From an uncultured Sphingomonadaceae bacterium (GTDB taxonomy: Bacteria; Pseudomonadota; Alphaproteobacteria; Sphingomonadales; Sphingomonadaceae): a stretch of DNA of 64,000 nucleotides. Location of the stretch: positions 96,831 to 160,830 of the forward strand of contig CAMYJW010000011.1 in the NCBI GenBank assembly GCA_947258815.1. Reading direction: 5' to 3'. Numbering within the stretch: position 1 is the first letter of the stretch; every line of letters begins with the position of its first letter. Below, in pieces: positions 43,764 to 53,107 of this stretch. A program made the position numbers and the translations under genes. Below the pieces are notes generated by a model. That model saw nothing but the letters and a program-made list of their open reading frames with translations. It had not been told where the DNA came from and did no database searches.

Positions 43764-44440
43764 ACCGGCTGCGATTGTTGTGCTCTTGCGCCAAACAGCG
43801 CGCTGCCCACGCGCACATGCGTTGCGCCCAGCATCACGGCAGTTTCATAATCGCCGCTCATCCCCATGCTGAGCTGTGACAGCCCGTTATCATCGGCAAT
43901 TTTAGCCAGCAGCGCGAAAAAAGGCGCGGGCTCTATGCCAAGCGGAGGAACGCACATCAGGCCGATCACCGGAACATCGGCACCGCGCGCCTGATCGAGC
44001 AACGCCGGAACATCGCCGATGGCGCAGCCGCCTTTCTGCTCTTCCTCGCCGATGTTCACCTGAACGAAACACAGCACCTGCTTTCCGGCCTTGTCCATCG
44101 CTTTGGCCAGCGCTTTCACCAGTGAGGACCGGTCAAGCGAATGGATGCAATCGAACAGCGCAACTGCATCGTCCGCCTTGTTCGATTGCAACTGGCCTAC
44201 AAGGTGGAGCGCGATATCATCATGTGCCGCGATCAAAGCAGGCCACTTGGTTTGCGCTTCCTGAACCCGGTTTTCGCCAAACACGCGCTGGCCTGCAGCG
44301 ATCAGCGGTGTGATCGCATCTGCCGGGTGCGTCTTGGAAATCGCGATCAGTTCGATGTCGTCTGGATCGCGCCGCGCGATCTTGGCGGCCCTGGCGATCG
44401 AATCGCGGACATCGGACAAAGCGGAGGCTGGCTGGATCAT
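43760..44440 (-). CDS. yggS: YggS family pyridoxal-phosphate homeostasis protein
   Basis: 226 aa with the alanine-racemase N-terminal-like barrel (LIAISKTHPADAI...FGENRVQE...HLVGQLQSNK...LSMGMSGDYETAV). Confidence 0.85.
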   Translation of the reverse strand: MIQPASALSDVRDSIARAAKIARRDPDDIELIAISKTHPADAITPLIAAGQRVFGENRVQEAQTKWPALIAAHDDIALHLVGQLQSNKADDAVALFDCIHSLDRSSLVKALAKAMDKAGKQVLCFVQVNIGEEEQKGGCAIGDVPALLDQARGADVPVIGLMCVPPLGIEPAPFFALLAKIADDNGLSQLSMGMSGDYETAVMLGATHVRVGSALFGARAQQSQPV

Positions 44441-45044
44441 GGCGCGCTGCTATAGCGATTCGATGCCGAAGAGCCAGCCGTCCCTGCACATGCATGTTCC
44501 CGACGTCTGGATTGTCAGCGATGCGCGCAACGACGCCGCGCTTGAAACCGCACTGCATAGCGCACCGCGCGGTTCGGGATTCATTTTCCGGCATTACCAT
44601 CTGCCGCAAAACGAACGGCGTGCGCGTTTCGCGATATTGCAGCGGGTGGCAAAGGCGCGTGGCCATACCGTTGTTCTCTCCGCATCGCCGGGCGAAGCGC
44701 GCAACTGGGGGGCGGACGGCGTTTATGGCTCACCTGCGCAGATTGGATCCGGCCCCGCGATGCTGCGTCTTGCAACGGCCCATTCGCTGGATGAGATCGG
44801 GCAGGCCTTGTCCGCACGCGCCAACGCAATTCTGCTTTCCCCGGTTTTCCCGACCCGCACGCATCCCGATGCGAAAACTCTGGGAAACATCCGGTTTCGC
44901 CTGCTGGCGCGCCACGCGCCTCTCCCCATCATCGCCCTGGGCGGCATGAATGCATCCCGTGCGAAGCGCCTTGGAGCGCGCAAATGGGCGGCTATCGACA
45001 GTTTTTCCGATAAAGCGACTCGCCGGATTTCCAAGGATTCTTGA
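44439..45044 (+). CDS. Thiamine phosphate synthase (TMP-TENI) family protein
   Basis: C-terminal half (AHSLDEIGQA...ILLSPVFPTRTHPD...IIALGGMN) matches the ThiE/TenI fold. The start is uncertain (ATG 44439, 44463 or 44490). The listed start at 44310 is antisense to yggS. Confidence 0.6.
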   Translation: MARCYSDSMPKSQPSLHMHVPDVWIVSDARNDAALETALHSAPRGSGFIFRHYHLPQNERRARFAILQRVAKARGHTVVLSASPGEARNWGADGVYGSPAQIGSGPAMLRLATAHSLDEIGQALSARANAILLSPVFPTRTHPDAKTLGNIRFRLLARHAPLPIIALGGMNASRAKRLGARKWAAIDSFSDKATRRISKDS

Positions 45045-45096
45045 CGAAGAGTCACCCTTGGGCGCATTATCGGTTTCTGATTAGGGGAAATGAAGC

Positions 45097-47451
45097 ATGG
45101 CATCACGCGCAGTATCGTCTGGAAGGCGTCGTTCCTCGCGGCCCGACTGGCGCGCGGTTCTGCGCCGGAGCGTGCGCCGCGCGGCGGAACTGGGCGGCGC
45201 GGTCGTGCTGTTCGGGGCGATGATCTTCCTTGCCCTGTCGCTCGTCTCCTATCACCAGACCGATCCTTCGGCATCAACCGCAGCCGCCGGAGACGTGCAG
45301 AACTGGATGGGCGCTGCCGGGGCATGGCTGGCCGAACGCGCGCTGTTCCTGTTCGGTCCGGTTTCGATCCTGTTGCTGCCGCTGTTGTATGTGTTCGCGC
45401 GCAAGCTGTGGCGTCTGGCCGAAGTGGATGATGGCCTTGTTGAACCGTCTGACCAGCGCTGGTGGCGGCCGGTGGGCATCCTTGCTTTCGCCATGACATT
45501 GCTTTCCACCGTGCTGTCCCTTTCATTCACACAGCCCGGCGGATCGCTGCCAGCCTCAATGGGCGGGATTTCGGGCTTGCTGGGTGCCAAGACAATCACC
45601 GCGATCGCCGGTCTGCTGCCCGAGGCCGCCGAAAGCTGGGCCGTATTCGGGCTTGCGCTTGTCTGCCTTGTTGCCGGTGCGGTTCTTGCCGGACGGGTGT
45701 TCGCGCTTGACTGGGGTGCCTTGCTGACATTGCCGGGACGCCTTCGCGCAATTCCGGGATTTGGCGTTCGCGACGAGCAGGTTCCGGCGCTGATGCGCAA
45801 ACCCGAAGCCAAAGCGGCCGAAGCATCGCAACCGGCACCTCTGGCGGAACCGCGCAAGGCGCCGCAGATCGTCGACCCGACCAAACCCGCGCGACCCGCG
45901 CAACTGAATGCCAAAAGCCGTCAGACCGACCTGTTTGACGAATACGAACTGCCCAGCCTCGATCTGCTGGCCGATCCGCCTGACGGATCAAACAAGAAGA
46001 TCGACAAACTTTCGCTGGAGCGCAATGCCCGGCTGCTGGAAACCGTGCTTGATGATTTCAACGTAAAAGGCGAGATAACCGCGGTGCGCACCGGGCCGGT
46101 CGTCACGATGTACGAACTGGAGCCTGCGCCGGGCATCAAATCGGCGCGCGTTATCGGACTGGCCGACGATATCGCCCGCAACATGAGCGCGATTTCCGCC
46201 CGTGTCTCATCCATTCCGGGGCGCACGGTGATGGGCATCGAGCTGCCCAACGCGGATCGCCAGATGGTGATGCTCAAGGAGCTCATGGCCTGTGAGGCTT
46301 TCGCGCATCACAAGGGCCTTCTGCCGATTATTCTGGGCAAGGACATCGCTGGCGAGCCGATTGTCGCCGATCTTGCCACGATGCCGCATCTGCTTGTCGC
46401 CGGAACGACCGGATCGGGCAAATCGGTTGGCCTGAACTGCATTCTGCTGTCGTTGCTTTACCGCCTGACGCCGCAACAGTGCCGCCTGATCCTGATCGAC
46501 CCCAAGGTGCTCGAACTCAAAAGCTATGATGAGATACCGCACCTGCTGTCACCCGTCGTCACCGAACCGCCCAAGGCAATCCGCGCGCTGAAATGGGCGG
46601 TTGAGGAAATGGAAAAGCGCTATCGCATGATGAGCGAAATCGGCGTGCGCAACCTTTCCAGCTTCAACGAAAAGGTTCGTGCAGGCGCCGCGAAGGGCAA
46701 ACCGCTGGGCCGGCGCGTACAGATCGGTTTCGATCCCGATACCGGCGAGGAACTGTATGAAGAAAACCAGCTCGATTATGAAGTGCTGCCGCAGATCGTC
46801 CTGATCGTTGACGAACTGGCCGATCTGATGGTCACCGTCGGCAAGGAAATCGAAGTCCTGATCCAGCGCCTTTCACAGAAAAGCCGGGCGGCGGGCATTC
46901 ACCTTATCATGGCAACACAGCGCCCCTCGGTCGACGTCATCACCGGGGTCATCAAGGCCAATCTGCCCACCCGGATCAGCTTTGCCGTCACCAGCCGGAT
47001 AGACAGCCGCACGATTCTGGGTGAACAGGGCGCCGAGCAGCTGCTGGGCAAGGGCGACATGCTGTTCAAGCCCAACACCGATCCGATTACCCGGGTTCAC
47101 GGCCCGTTCGTCAGCGACGAGGAAGTGGAACAGGTTGCCGAATACTGGCGCACCCAGGGCAAGCCGGACTATATCGATTCGGTGACGGAAGAGCCTGAGG
47201 ATGGCGGCTTTGGCTTCGATGACATCGATGCCGCCTCCGATAATCCCGAAGAGCGCAAGTATCGTCAGGTTTGCCAGCTGGTGTTTGAAAACCAGAAAGC
47301 CTCGGCAAGCTGGATTCAGCGGCAGATGAGCGTGGGCTATAATACCGCATCGAAATGGATCGAACGCATGGAAGCCGATGGTCTTGTCGGCCCTGCCAAC
47401 CATGTTGGCCGCCGCGAAATCTACCGCGACGAATTCGGCAATCCGCTTTAG
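45097..47451 (+). CDS. ftsK: DNA translocase FtsK
   Basis: N-terminal TM segments and a Pro/Ala-rich linker. Motor domain with Walker A AGTTGSGKSV. The C-terminal gamma winged helix is ASASWIQRQMSVGYNTASKWIERME. Confidence 0.95.
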   Translation: MASRAVSSGRRRSSRPDWRAVLRRSVRRAAELGGAVVLFGAMIFLALSLVSYHQTDPSASTAAAGDVQNWMGAAGAWLAERALFLFGPVSILLLPLLYVFARKLWRLAEVDDGLVEPSDQRWWRPVGILAFAMTLLSTVLSLSFTQPGGSLPASMGGISGLLGAKTITAIAGLLPEAAESWAVFGLALVCLVAGAVLAGRVFALDWGALLTLPGRLRAIPGFGVRDEQVPALMRKPEAKAAEASQPAPLAEPRKAPQIVDPTKPARPAQLNAKSRQTDLFDEYELPSLDLLADPPDGSNKKIDKLSLERNARLLETVLDDFNVKGEITAVRTGPVVTMYELEPAPGIKSARVIGLADDIARNMSAISARVSSIPGRTVMGIELPNADRQMVMLKELMACEAFAHHKGLLPIILGKDIAGEPIVADLATMPHLLVAGTTGSGKSVGLNCILLSLLYRLTPQQCRLILIDPKVLELKSYDEIPHLLSPVVTEPPKAIRALKWAVEEMEKRYRMMSEIGVRNLSSFNEKVRAGAAKGKPLGRRVQIGFDPDTGEELYEENQLDYEVLPQIVLIVDELADLMVTVGKEIEVLIQRLSQKSRAAGIHLIMATQRPSVDVITGVIKANLPTRISFAVTSRIDSRTILGEQGAEQLLGKGDMLFKPNTDPITRVHGPFVSDEEVEQVAEYWRTQGKPDYIDSVTEEPEDGGFGFDDIDAASDNPEERKYRQVCQLVFENQKASASWIQRQMSVGYNTASKWIERMEADGLVGPANHVGRREIYRDEFGNPL

Positions 47452-47476
47452 CCATTTCGCGGCGACAGAAAGGCAC

Positions 47477-49561
47477 TCAAACCGGCACGCCCATCTGCCA
47501 CAGAATGAACGCAAATTCCTCCGCCGTTTCGCGCAAACTTTCAAACCGGCCCGATTTGCCGCCATGGCCCGCGCCCATATTGGTCTTGAGCAGCAGTTCG
47601 TTGTCGTCCGTCTTCAGTTCGCGCAGCCTTGCCACCCATTTTGCCGGCTCCCAGTAAGTCACGCGCGGATCGTTAAGCCCTGCGGTCACCAGCATCGGCG
47701 GATAGGCCTGCGCCCGCACGTTGTCATACGGGCTGTATGACAGGATCAGCTCAAACGCGGCCTTGTCCTCGATCGGATTGCCCCATTCGGGCCATTCGCC
47801 CGGCGTCAGCGGCAGCGTGGCATCAAGCATCGTCGCCAGCACATCGACGAACGGCACATGCGCCGCCACCGCGCCAAACAGCTCGGGGTCTGAATTGACG
47901 ACAGCGCCCATCAGCTCTCCCCCAGCCGAACCGCCCGAAATGCTGATCCGGCCCGCTTGCGTATGCCCACGCGCGATCAGATCTTTGGCGACATCGACGA
48001 AATCGTTGAAGGTGTTGGTGCGCTGCTCCAGCTTGCCTGCCTTGTACCACGCGCGGCCCAGATCGTCCCCGCCCCGGATATGCGCGATCGCATATGCAAA
48101 CCCGCGATCGACAAGGCTGAGCCGCGATGTGGAAAAGCCCGGCTCCATCGCGATACCATATGCGCCATAACCATAAAGGTGCAGCGGGCCGCCTGCCTGG
48201 CGATCCTTGCGCATCACGATACTCACCGGAACCGCCGTGCCATCGCGCACGATGATTTCAAGCCGCTGTGTTTCATACAGCGATGCATCGTATCCTGATG
48301 GAATCTCCTGCACTTTAAGCGTTTCAAGCGTGCGCGCGTACACATCGTAATCATAAACCGTGGCCGGGCTGACCATCGATTCATACGAAAGCCGCAAGGT
48401 ATCCATCGCCCATTCGGGGTTGTCGCCCAACCCCGCCGCATAGCTCGCTTCGGGAAATGCAATCGGCTCAACCCGGCCCGGATCATCGTAATAACGCACT
48501 TCGATCTGATCGAGCCCGGCCTTACGGCCTTCGATCACATAAAAATCGCGGAACAGGTCAACCCCGGTCAGATAGAACGCATCGGACCCGGCAATCAGCG
48601 TCGTCCATTCGTCCGGGCGATCGACCGGCGCGGTGGCGAGGCGGAAATTCTCATGCGTGTCGTTGGTGTGAATATAGAGCAGCCCGTCACGCTCATCGAC
48701 ATCGTATTCGATGCCCTTTTCGCGCTTTCTGACAAGGATCGGCGTTGCCAGCGGATCGGCTGCGGGCAAAAGCCGCACTTCGCTGGTCTCGTGGTCGCTG
48801 GCACCGATGACAACCCATTTTTCGTTTGCAGACAATGCGCTACCAACACGAAAGCCTTCATCATCCTCATGGTAAAGCTCAATGTCGCTTGAGGTTTTTT
48901 GCCCCAGCCAGTGCAGTCTGACGTTGTCCGTGCGCCAGTTCTCGTTGGCCAGCGAATAGATCAGCCCGGTATCGCCCGCCACCCAGACAAGCGCCGACAG
49001 AACGCCGGGAATTTCATCGGGCAATGGTGCGCCGGTTTCCAGATCGACGATCCGCACCGTGAAACGCTCAGACCCGTTGTCATCAACAGAATAGGCCAGC
49101 AATTTGCCGTTCTGGCTGACAGACAATGCGCCAAGCCGGAAATAGTCTTTCCCTTCTGCCAGAGCCACTTCGTCCAGAATAAGCTGATCGGCGCTGGCAT
49201 CGGCGGGCGCGCCAACCGGTCGTCGCCACCATTTCTTGTATTCCGCGCCTTCCTCAAATTCGATCCAGTAAAGAAAATCGCCGTCCTTTTGCGGAACCGA
49301 GGTATCGGCTTCCTTGATCCGGCCGCGCAGTTCGCCAAACAGGTTCGCGATGGTTTCCTTGTGTGGCGCCATGCGCGCCTCAAACCACGCATTTTCAGCC
49401 TCCAGATGCGCCAGAATTGCCGTATCGCTGACATCGGGATATCCGGGATCGCGCAGCCAGGCATAATCATCGGCAACGGTTATGCCGTGATGGGTGGAAC
49501 TGTGGGATTTCTTTGCCGCGACGGGCGGTTTAACACTTGCGGTATCTGCCATCGCTCGCAT
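47477..49561 (-). CDS. S9 family serine peptidase, oligopeptidase B (protease II)-like
   Basis: 694 aa. N-terminal beta-propeller region (DDYAWLRD). Catalytic GGSAGGELMG Ser elbow and C-terminal Asp/His region. ATG 49552 is an alternative start. Confidence 0.85.
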   Translation of the reverse strand: MRAMADTASVKPPVAAKKSHSSTHHGITVADDYAWLRDPGYPDVSDTAILAHLEAENAWFEARMAPHKETIANLFGELRGRIKEADTSVPQKDGDFLYWIEFEEGAEYKKWWRRPVGAPADASADQLILDEVALAEGKDYFRLGALSVSQNGKLLAYSVDDNGSERFTVRIVDLETGAPLPDEIPGVLSALVWVAGDTGLIYSLANENWRTDNVRLHWLGQKTSSDIELYHEDDEGFRVGSALSANEKWVVIGASDHETSEVRLLPAADPLATPILVRKREKGIEYDVDERDGLLYIHTNDTHENFRLATAPVDRPDEWTTLIAGSDAFYLTGVDLFRDFYVIEGRKAGLDQIEVRYYDDPGRVEPIAFPEASYAAGLGDNPEWAMDTLRLSYESMVSPATVYDYDVYARTLETLKVQEIPSGYDASLYETQRLEIIVRDGTAVPVSIVMRKDRQAGGPLHLYGYGAYGIAMEPGFSTSRLSLVDRGFAYAIAHIRGGDDLGRAWYKAGKLEQRTNTFNDFVDVAKDLIARGHTQAGRISISGGSAGGELMGAVVNSDPELFGAVAAHVPFVDVLATMLDATLPLTPGEWPEWGNPIEDKAAFELILSYSPYDNVRAQAYPPMLVTAGLNDPRVTYWEPAKWVARLRELKTDDNELLLKTNMGAGHGGKSGRFESLRETAEEFAFILWQMGVPV

Positions 49562-49589
49562 CTATGGCGTTGGATCAAGGACCGCAACC

Positions 49590-51428
49590 ATGCTGATGAA
49601 GACTCACAAATCCCGCCTCGACGCACTGCGCAAGGAACTGCGCGCGCAGGCGCTTGACGGGTTCGTTATTCCGATTTCCGATGAGCATATGTCCGAATAT
49701 GTCGGCGCTTATGCGCAAAGGCTGGCGTGGCTGACCGGGTTTGGCGGATCGGCGGCAAGCGTTGTGGTGCTGACTGATGAAACACGCGATCCCGCCGCGG
49801 CGATCTTCGTTGACGGGCGTTACACCCTGCAAGTGCGCGATCAGGTGGACGGCGATCTTTATACCTATGAGAATGTGCCCGAAACCAGCCCCGCCAAATG
49901 GCTGAGCGAACAGGCCGGGAAAGGCGCGCGGATCGGGTTCGATCCTTGGCTGCACGGCAAACGCTGGGCAAGCGCGGCGCACGATCAACTTGCCAAAGCG
50001 GGTGCCGAACTGGTCGCCGTCAGCGCCAACCCGGTCGATGCGATATGGGCCGACCAGCCCGCGCCATCCGATGCCGCCGCGATCATCCATGATGAACGCT
50101 TTGCAGGCCAGTCAAGCGCCGCCAAACGCGCGCAGATCGCGGATTGGCTGAAAGATCGCCAGCTTGACGCCGCGATCGTATCGGCACTCGATTCAATAGC
50201 CTGGCTGTTCAACATCCGAGGCAGCGATATCGATCGCACGCCGGTTACGCTTTCGTTCGCGATCATCCATGCCGATGCACGCGCAGACCTGTTCATCACG
50301 CCGGGCAAAGTCTCGGCGGACCTGCGCGCCCACCTTGGCGATGATGTCCGCATCGCGCCGCGTCAGGACTTTGAAACCGCGCTGTCGCGCTTTGCCGAAA
50401 AGCGTGTCGGTGTCGATCCAGACAGCAACGTGCAGGCAATCTTTACCGCTCTGGAACAGGCGAACGCAACGCTTGTCGAAGCGAGCGATCCCTGCATCCT
50501 GCCCAAGGCCACCAAGAACGCCGCCGAACAGCAAGGCCACCGCGATGCACAGGCGCGCGATGGCGCGGCGGTCTGCCGGTTCCTGCACTGGCTTTCGGTT
50601 GAAGGCCCGTCGGGCACCGTCACCGAAATGTCCGCGTCCGACCGGTTGCACCAGTTTCGCCGCGACACCGGAGACTTGCGCGATCTTTCGTTCGACACGA
50701 TCTCGGGCAGCGGCCCCAACGGCGCAATCGTGCATTACCGCGTTACTGACGAAACCAGCCGCGTGCTGGAGCCGGGCAGTGTCTATCTTGTCGATTCGGG
50801 CGGGCAGTATCCCGATGGGACAACCGACATCACCCGCACCGTCTGGATCGGCACGCCAGAAGAAACGGACGGTGCTCCACCAGACGAGGTGAAAGACCGA
50901 TACACCCGCGTGCTCAAGGGCAATATCGCGCTGGCACAGGCGGTGTTTCCCGCCGACACGCGAGGCAGCCAGCTGGATGTTCTGGCGCGCCAGTTCCTGT
51001 GGGATGCGGGGTTGGACTATGCCCATGGCACCGGCCACGGGGTCGGCAGTTTCCTCTCGGTCCACGAAGGGCCGCAACGCATCGCAAAACCTTCGCGGAT
51101 AAACACCGGCGCCGAGCCGGACCTGCAACCCGGCATGATCCTGTCCAACGAGCCGGGCTATTACAAAGCCGGAGAATACGGCATTCGCATCGAAAACCTC
51201 CAGCTGGTCGAAAAGCGCGATATAGCGGGTGCGGAAGGCGAATTTCTGGGGTTCGAAACGCTGACACTGGTGCCGATAGACCGCACGCTGGTAAACTTCG
51301 ATCAGCTGACACCGGGCGAACTGGCATGGTGGAACGCCTATCACGCCCGCGTGCTGGACGTGATCGGCCCGCAGCTTGATGGCGAAGCGCTGGCCTGGCT
51401 GAAAACCCAGTGCGCACCTGTTTCATAA
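49590..51428 (+). CDS. Aminopeptidase P family (M24B Xaa-Pro aminopeptidase), long form
   Basis: Creatinase-like N-terminal domains and an M24 pita-bread domain (YLVDSGGQY...TDITRT...HGTGHGVG...SNEPGYY...IRIENL). The ATG at 49590 is chosen because the listed start at 49494 overlaps the divergent peptidase gene. Confidence 0.85.
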   Translation: MLMKTHKSRLDALRKELRAQALDGFVIPISDEHMSEYVGAYAQRLAWLTGFGGSAASVVVLTDETRDPAAAIFVDGRYTLQVRDQVDGDLYTYENVPETSPAKWLSEQAGKGARIGFDPWLHGKRWASAAHDQLAKAGAELVAVSANPVDAIWADQPAPSDAAAIIHDERFAGQSSAAKRAQIADWLKDRQLDAAIVSALDSIAWLFNIRGSDIDRTPVTLSFAIIHADARADLFITPGKVSADLRAHLGDDVRIAPRQDFETALSRFAEKRVGVDPDSNVQAIFTALEQANATLVEASDPCILPKATKNAAEQQGHRDAQARDGAAVCRFLHWLSVEGPSGTVTEMSASDRLHQFRRDTGDLRDLSFDTISGSGPNGAIVHYRVTDETSRVLEPGSVYLVDSGGQYPDGTTDITRTVWIGTPEETDGAPPDEVKDRYTRVLKGNIALAQAVFPADTRGSQLDVLARQFLWDAGLDYAHGTGHGVGSFLSVHEGPQRIAKPSRINTGAEPDLQPGMILSNEPGYYKAGEYGIRIENLQLVEKRDIAGAEGEFLGFETLTLVPIDRTLVNFDQLTPGELAWWNAYHARVLDVIGPQLDGEALAWLKTQCAPVS

Positions 51429-51440
51429 CCGGAGAAATCA

Positions 51441-51596
51441 ATGGCTGAAACGCGCCTGCTTCGCACGAACCGCGTTCATCCGGGGCTGAATACGCGCGCC
51501 ATTGCCCAGCCAGAACTTTCCGGGCCGGATTGGGCACGCTGCACCGCGAAAGGCGATACCTTGCGCGCCCATGAACCCGAACTTGCATGGGCATGA
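51441..51596 (+). CDS. Candidate 51-aa small ORF (hypothetical)
   Basis: ATG lies 12 nt after the pepP-like stop, with GGAGA 6 nt upstream. It encodes MAETRLLRTNRVHPGLNTRAIAQPELSGPDWARCTAKGDTLRAHEPELAWA. It is too short for the supplied track and I recognise no homology. Confidence 0.25.
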   Translation: MAETRLLRTNRVHPGLNTRAIAQPELSGPDWARCTAKGDTLRAHEPELAWA

Positions 51597-51612
51597 ACCG
51601 CGGCGCGATAGT

Positions 51613-51661
51613 GCGACAATTAGCGACAAATTCGCCTTCATGCGGGATAAATGCGCGACAA
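51613..51661 (+). promoter_or_regulatory. Three phased copies of GCGACAA (51613, 51623, 51655): candidate OmpR-family response-regulator site
   Basis: Read directly. Copies 1 and 2 are 10 bp apart and copy 3 is 32 bp further. The site lies 110-160 bp upstream of the EF-hand gene that precedes the RR/HK pair. Confidence 0.3.
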
Positions 51662-51771
51662 TGCAGGGTTATACAGGTCTCAGAAAGTCGCAGGGCAAGT
51701 GTTTCCCCTCCTTCCCTTCCGCTCTGCGGCTTTCGCCGAATATTCCCTGGGTTCACTAATTGGAGAGTAAC

Positions 51772-52332
51772 ATGAAAAAGATTGCACTTGGCCTTTCGGC
51801 AGTCGCACTGCTCGCAACCGGCACCGCATTTGCCGCACACCACGGCGGCCAGATGCGCGGCGATACCGATAACGACGGCGTTATCAGCCGCGCCGAAGCA
51901 CAGGCGCAGGCCAGCACGATGTTTGAACGGCTCGATGCCAACGAAGACGGCAAACTCGATCAGTCAGACCGCGCAGAGCGCAAGGAGCAGCGACGCAGCA
52001 AAATGTTTGCCGCGCTTGACGGCAACGGCGATGGCCAGATCAGTCGTGAGGAATTCATGACTTTCCAACACGATGGCAAGCGCGGCGGCCCCGGCAAGGG
52101 CCATCGCATGGGCCAAAAGCGCGGAAAGGCCGGCATGGAAATGATGCGGCGCGCCGATACCAACAACGACGGCGAAGTGAGCAAAGCGGAATTCACATCG
52201 GCGGCGATGGCGCGCTTCGACAGAACCGATACGGACAACAACGGCGAAGTAAGCAAGGCAGAGCGCAAGGCCGCGTTTCAGGAAACGCGCCTCAAGTGGC
52301 GCGAAGCAAAGCGTGGCACCGCCGGGAACTGA
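51772..52332 (+). CDS. Secreted EF-hand calcium-binding protein (five EF loops)
   Basis: The signal peptide is MKKIALGLSAVALLATGTAFA. The five 12-residue loops are DTDNDGVISRAE, DANEDGKLDQSD, DGNGDGQISREE, DTNNDGEVSKAE and DTDNNGEVSKAE. TGGAGAG RBS lies before the ATG at 51772. Confidence 0.85.
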   Translation: MKKIALGLSAVALLATGTAFAAHHGGQMRGDTDNDGVISRAEAQAQASTMFERLDANEDGKLDQSDRAERKEQRRSKMFAALDGNGDGQISREEFMTFQHDGKRGGPGKGHRMGQKRGKAGMEMMRRADTNNDGEVSKAEFTSAAMARFDRTDTDNNGEVSKAERKAAFQETRLKWREAKRGTAGN

Positions 52333-52359
52333 TCGGTTGGCACGCGGAGCGTCCGGCGC

Positions 52360-53094
52360 ATGAGCGACTCCGCGCCTGACCGGCTGCTCCTTGTCGATGA
52401 CGAGGCAGCCTTGCGAGAACCCCTGGCAGAGTATCTCTCGCGCCAGGGGTTCGAGGTTTGCGAAGCGCAAAGCGCCGCACAGGCGCGCAGCCAGCTTCGC
52501 GAAACGACACCCGATCTGGTTTTGCTGGATATCATGATGCCGGGGGAGGACGGACTCTCGTTATGCCGCCACCTTGTTGAAGCGCGCGACATTCCGGTTA
52601 TCCTGCTTACCGCGAAAGGCGAAGCGACAGACCGGATCGTCGGCCTCGAAATCGGTGCGGACGATTATGTCGTCAAACCCTTTGAGCCGCGCGAGCTGGT
52701 CGCCCGGATCCGCAGCGTTTTGCGCCGCGCGGGCCGCGCAGCGCCATCACCTAGCGAAGACGAACTCCTCCTGTTCGAAGGCTGGACGCTCGATCCGCTC
52801 AAACGCAGGCTGACCGATCCCGAAAGCGCGGTGGTGACAATCTCGTCAGCGGAGTTCCGCCTGCTGATGGCGTTTCTGGAAAACCCGCGGCAAGTGCTGG
52901 ACCGCGATCTTCTGCTCGACAAGGTTCAGGGACGCGAGGCGCACCTGTTTGACCGCGCGGTCGATAATCAGGTCAGCCGTTTGCGGCGCAAGATCGAAGC
53001 CGACAGCCGCAATCCGCAACTGATCCAGACTGTCTGGGGTGGCGGCTATATGCTGGCCGCCGATGTAGAACGCACCGCAAGGGATGCGCCCTGA
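52360..53094 (+). CDS. OmpR/PhoB family response regulator
   Basis: Receiver domain (LLVDDE...LVLLDIMMPGEDG...LTAKG) plus a winged-helix output domain (VVTISSAEFRLLMAFLENP...VDNQVSRLRRKIE). Confidence 0.9.
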   Translation: MSDSAPDRLLLVDDEAALREPLAEYLSRQGFEVCEAQSAAQARSQLRETTPDLVLLDIMMPGEDGLSLCRHLVEARDIPVILLTAKGEATDRIVGLEIGADDYVVKPFEPRELVARIRSVLRRAGRAAPSPSEDELLLFEGWTLDPLKRRLTDPESAVVTISSAEFRLLMAFLENPRQVLDRDLLLDKVQGREAHLFDRAVDNQVSRLRRKIEADSRNPQLIQTVWGGGYMLAADVERTARDAP

Positions 53095-53107
53095 TGGCGA
53101 ACGGAGC

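Noticed and set aside
44441-44500. A TPP riboswitch ahead of the thiE-like gene.
   Set aside because: There is essentially no non-coding space before the gene, and no CUGAGA or ACCUGAUCUGGAUAAUGCCAGCG-like THI-box elements.
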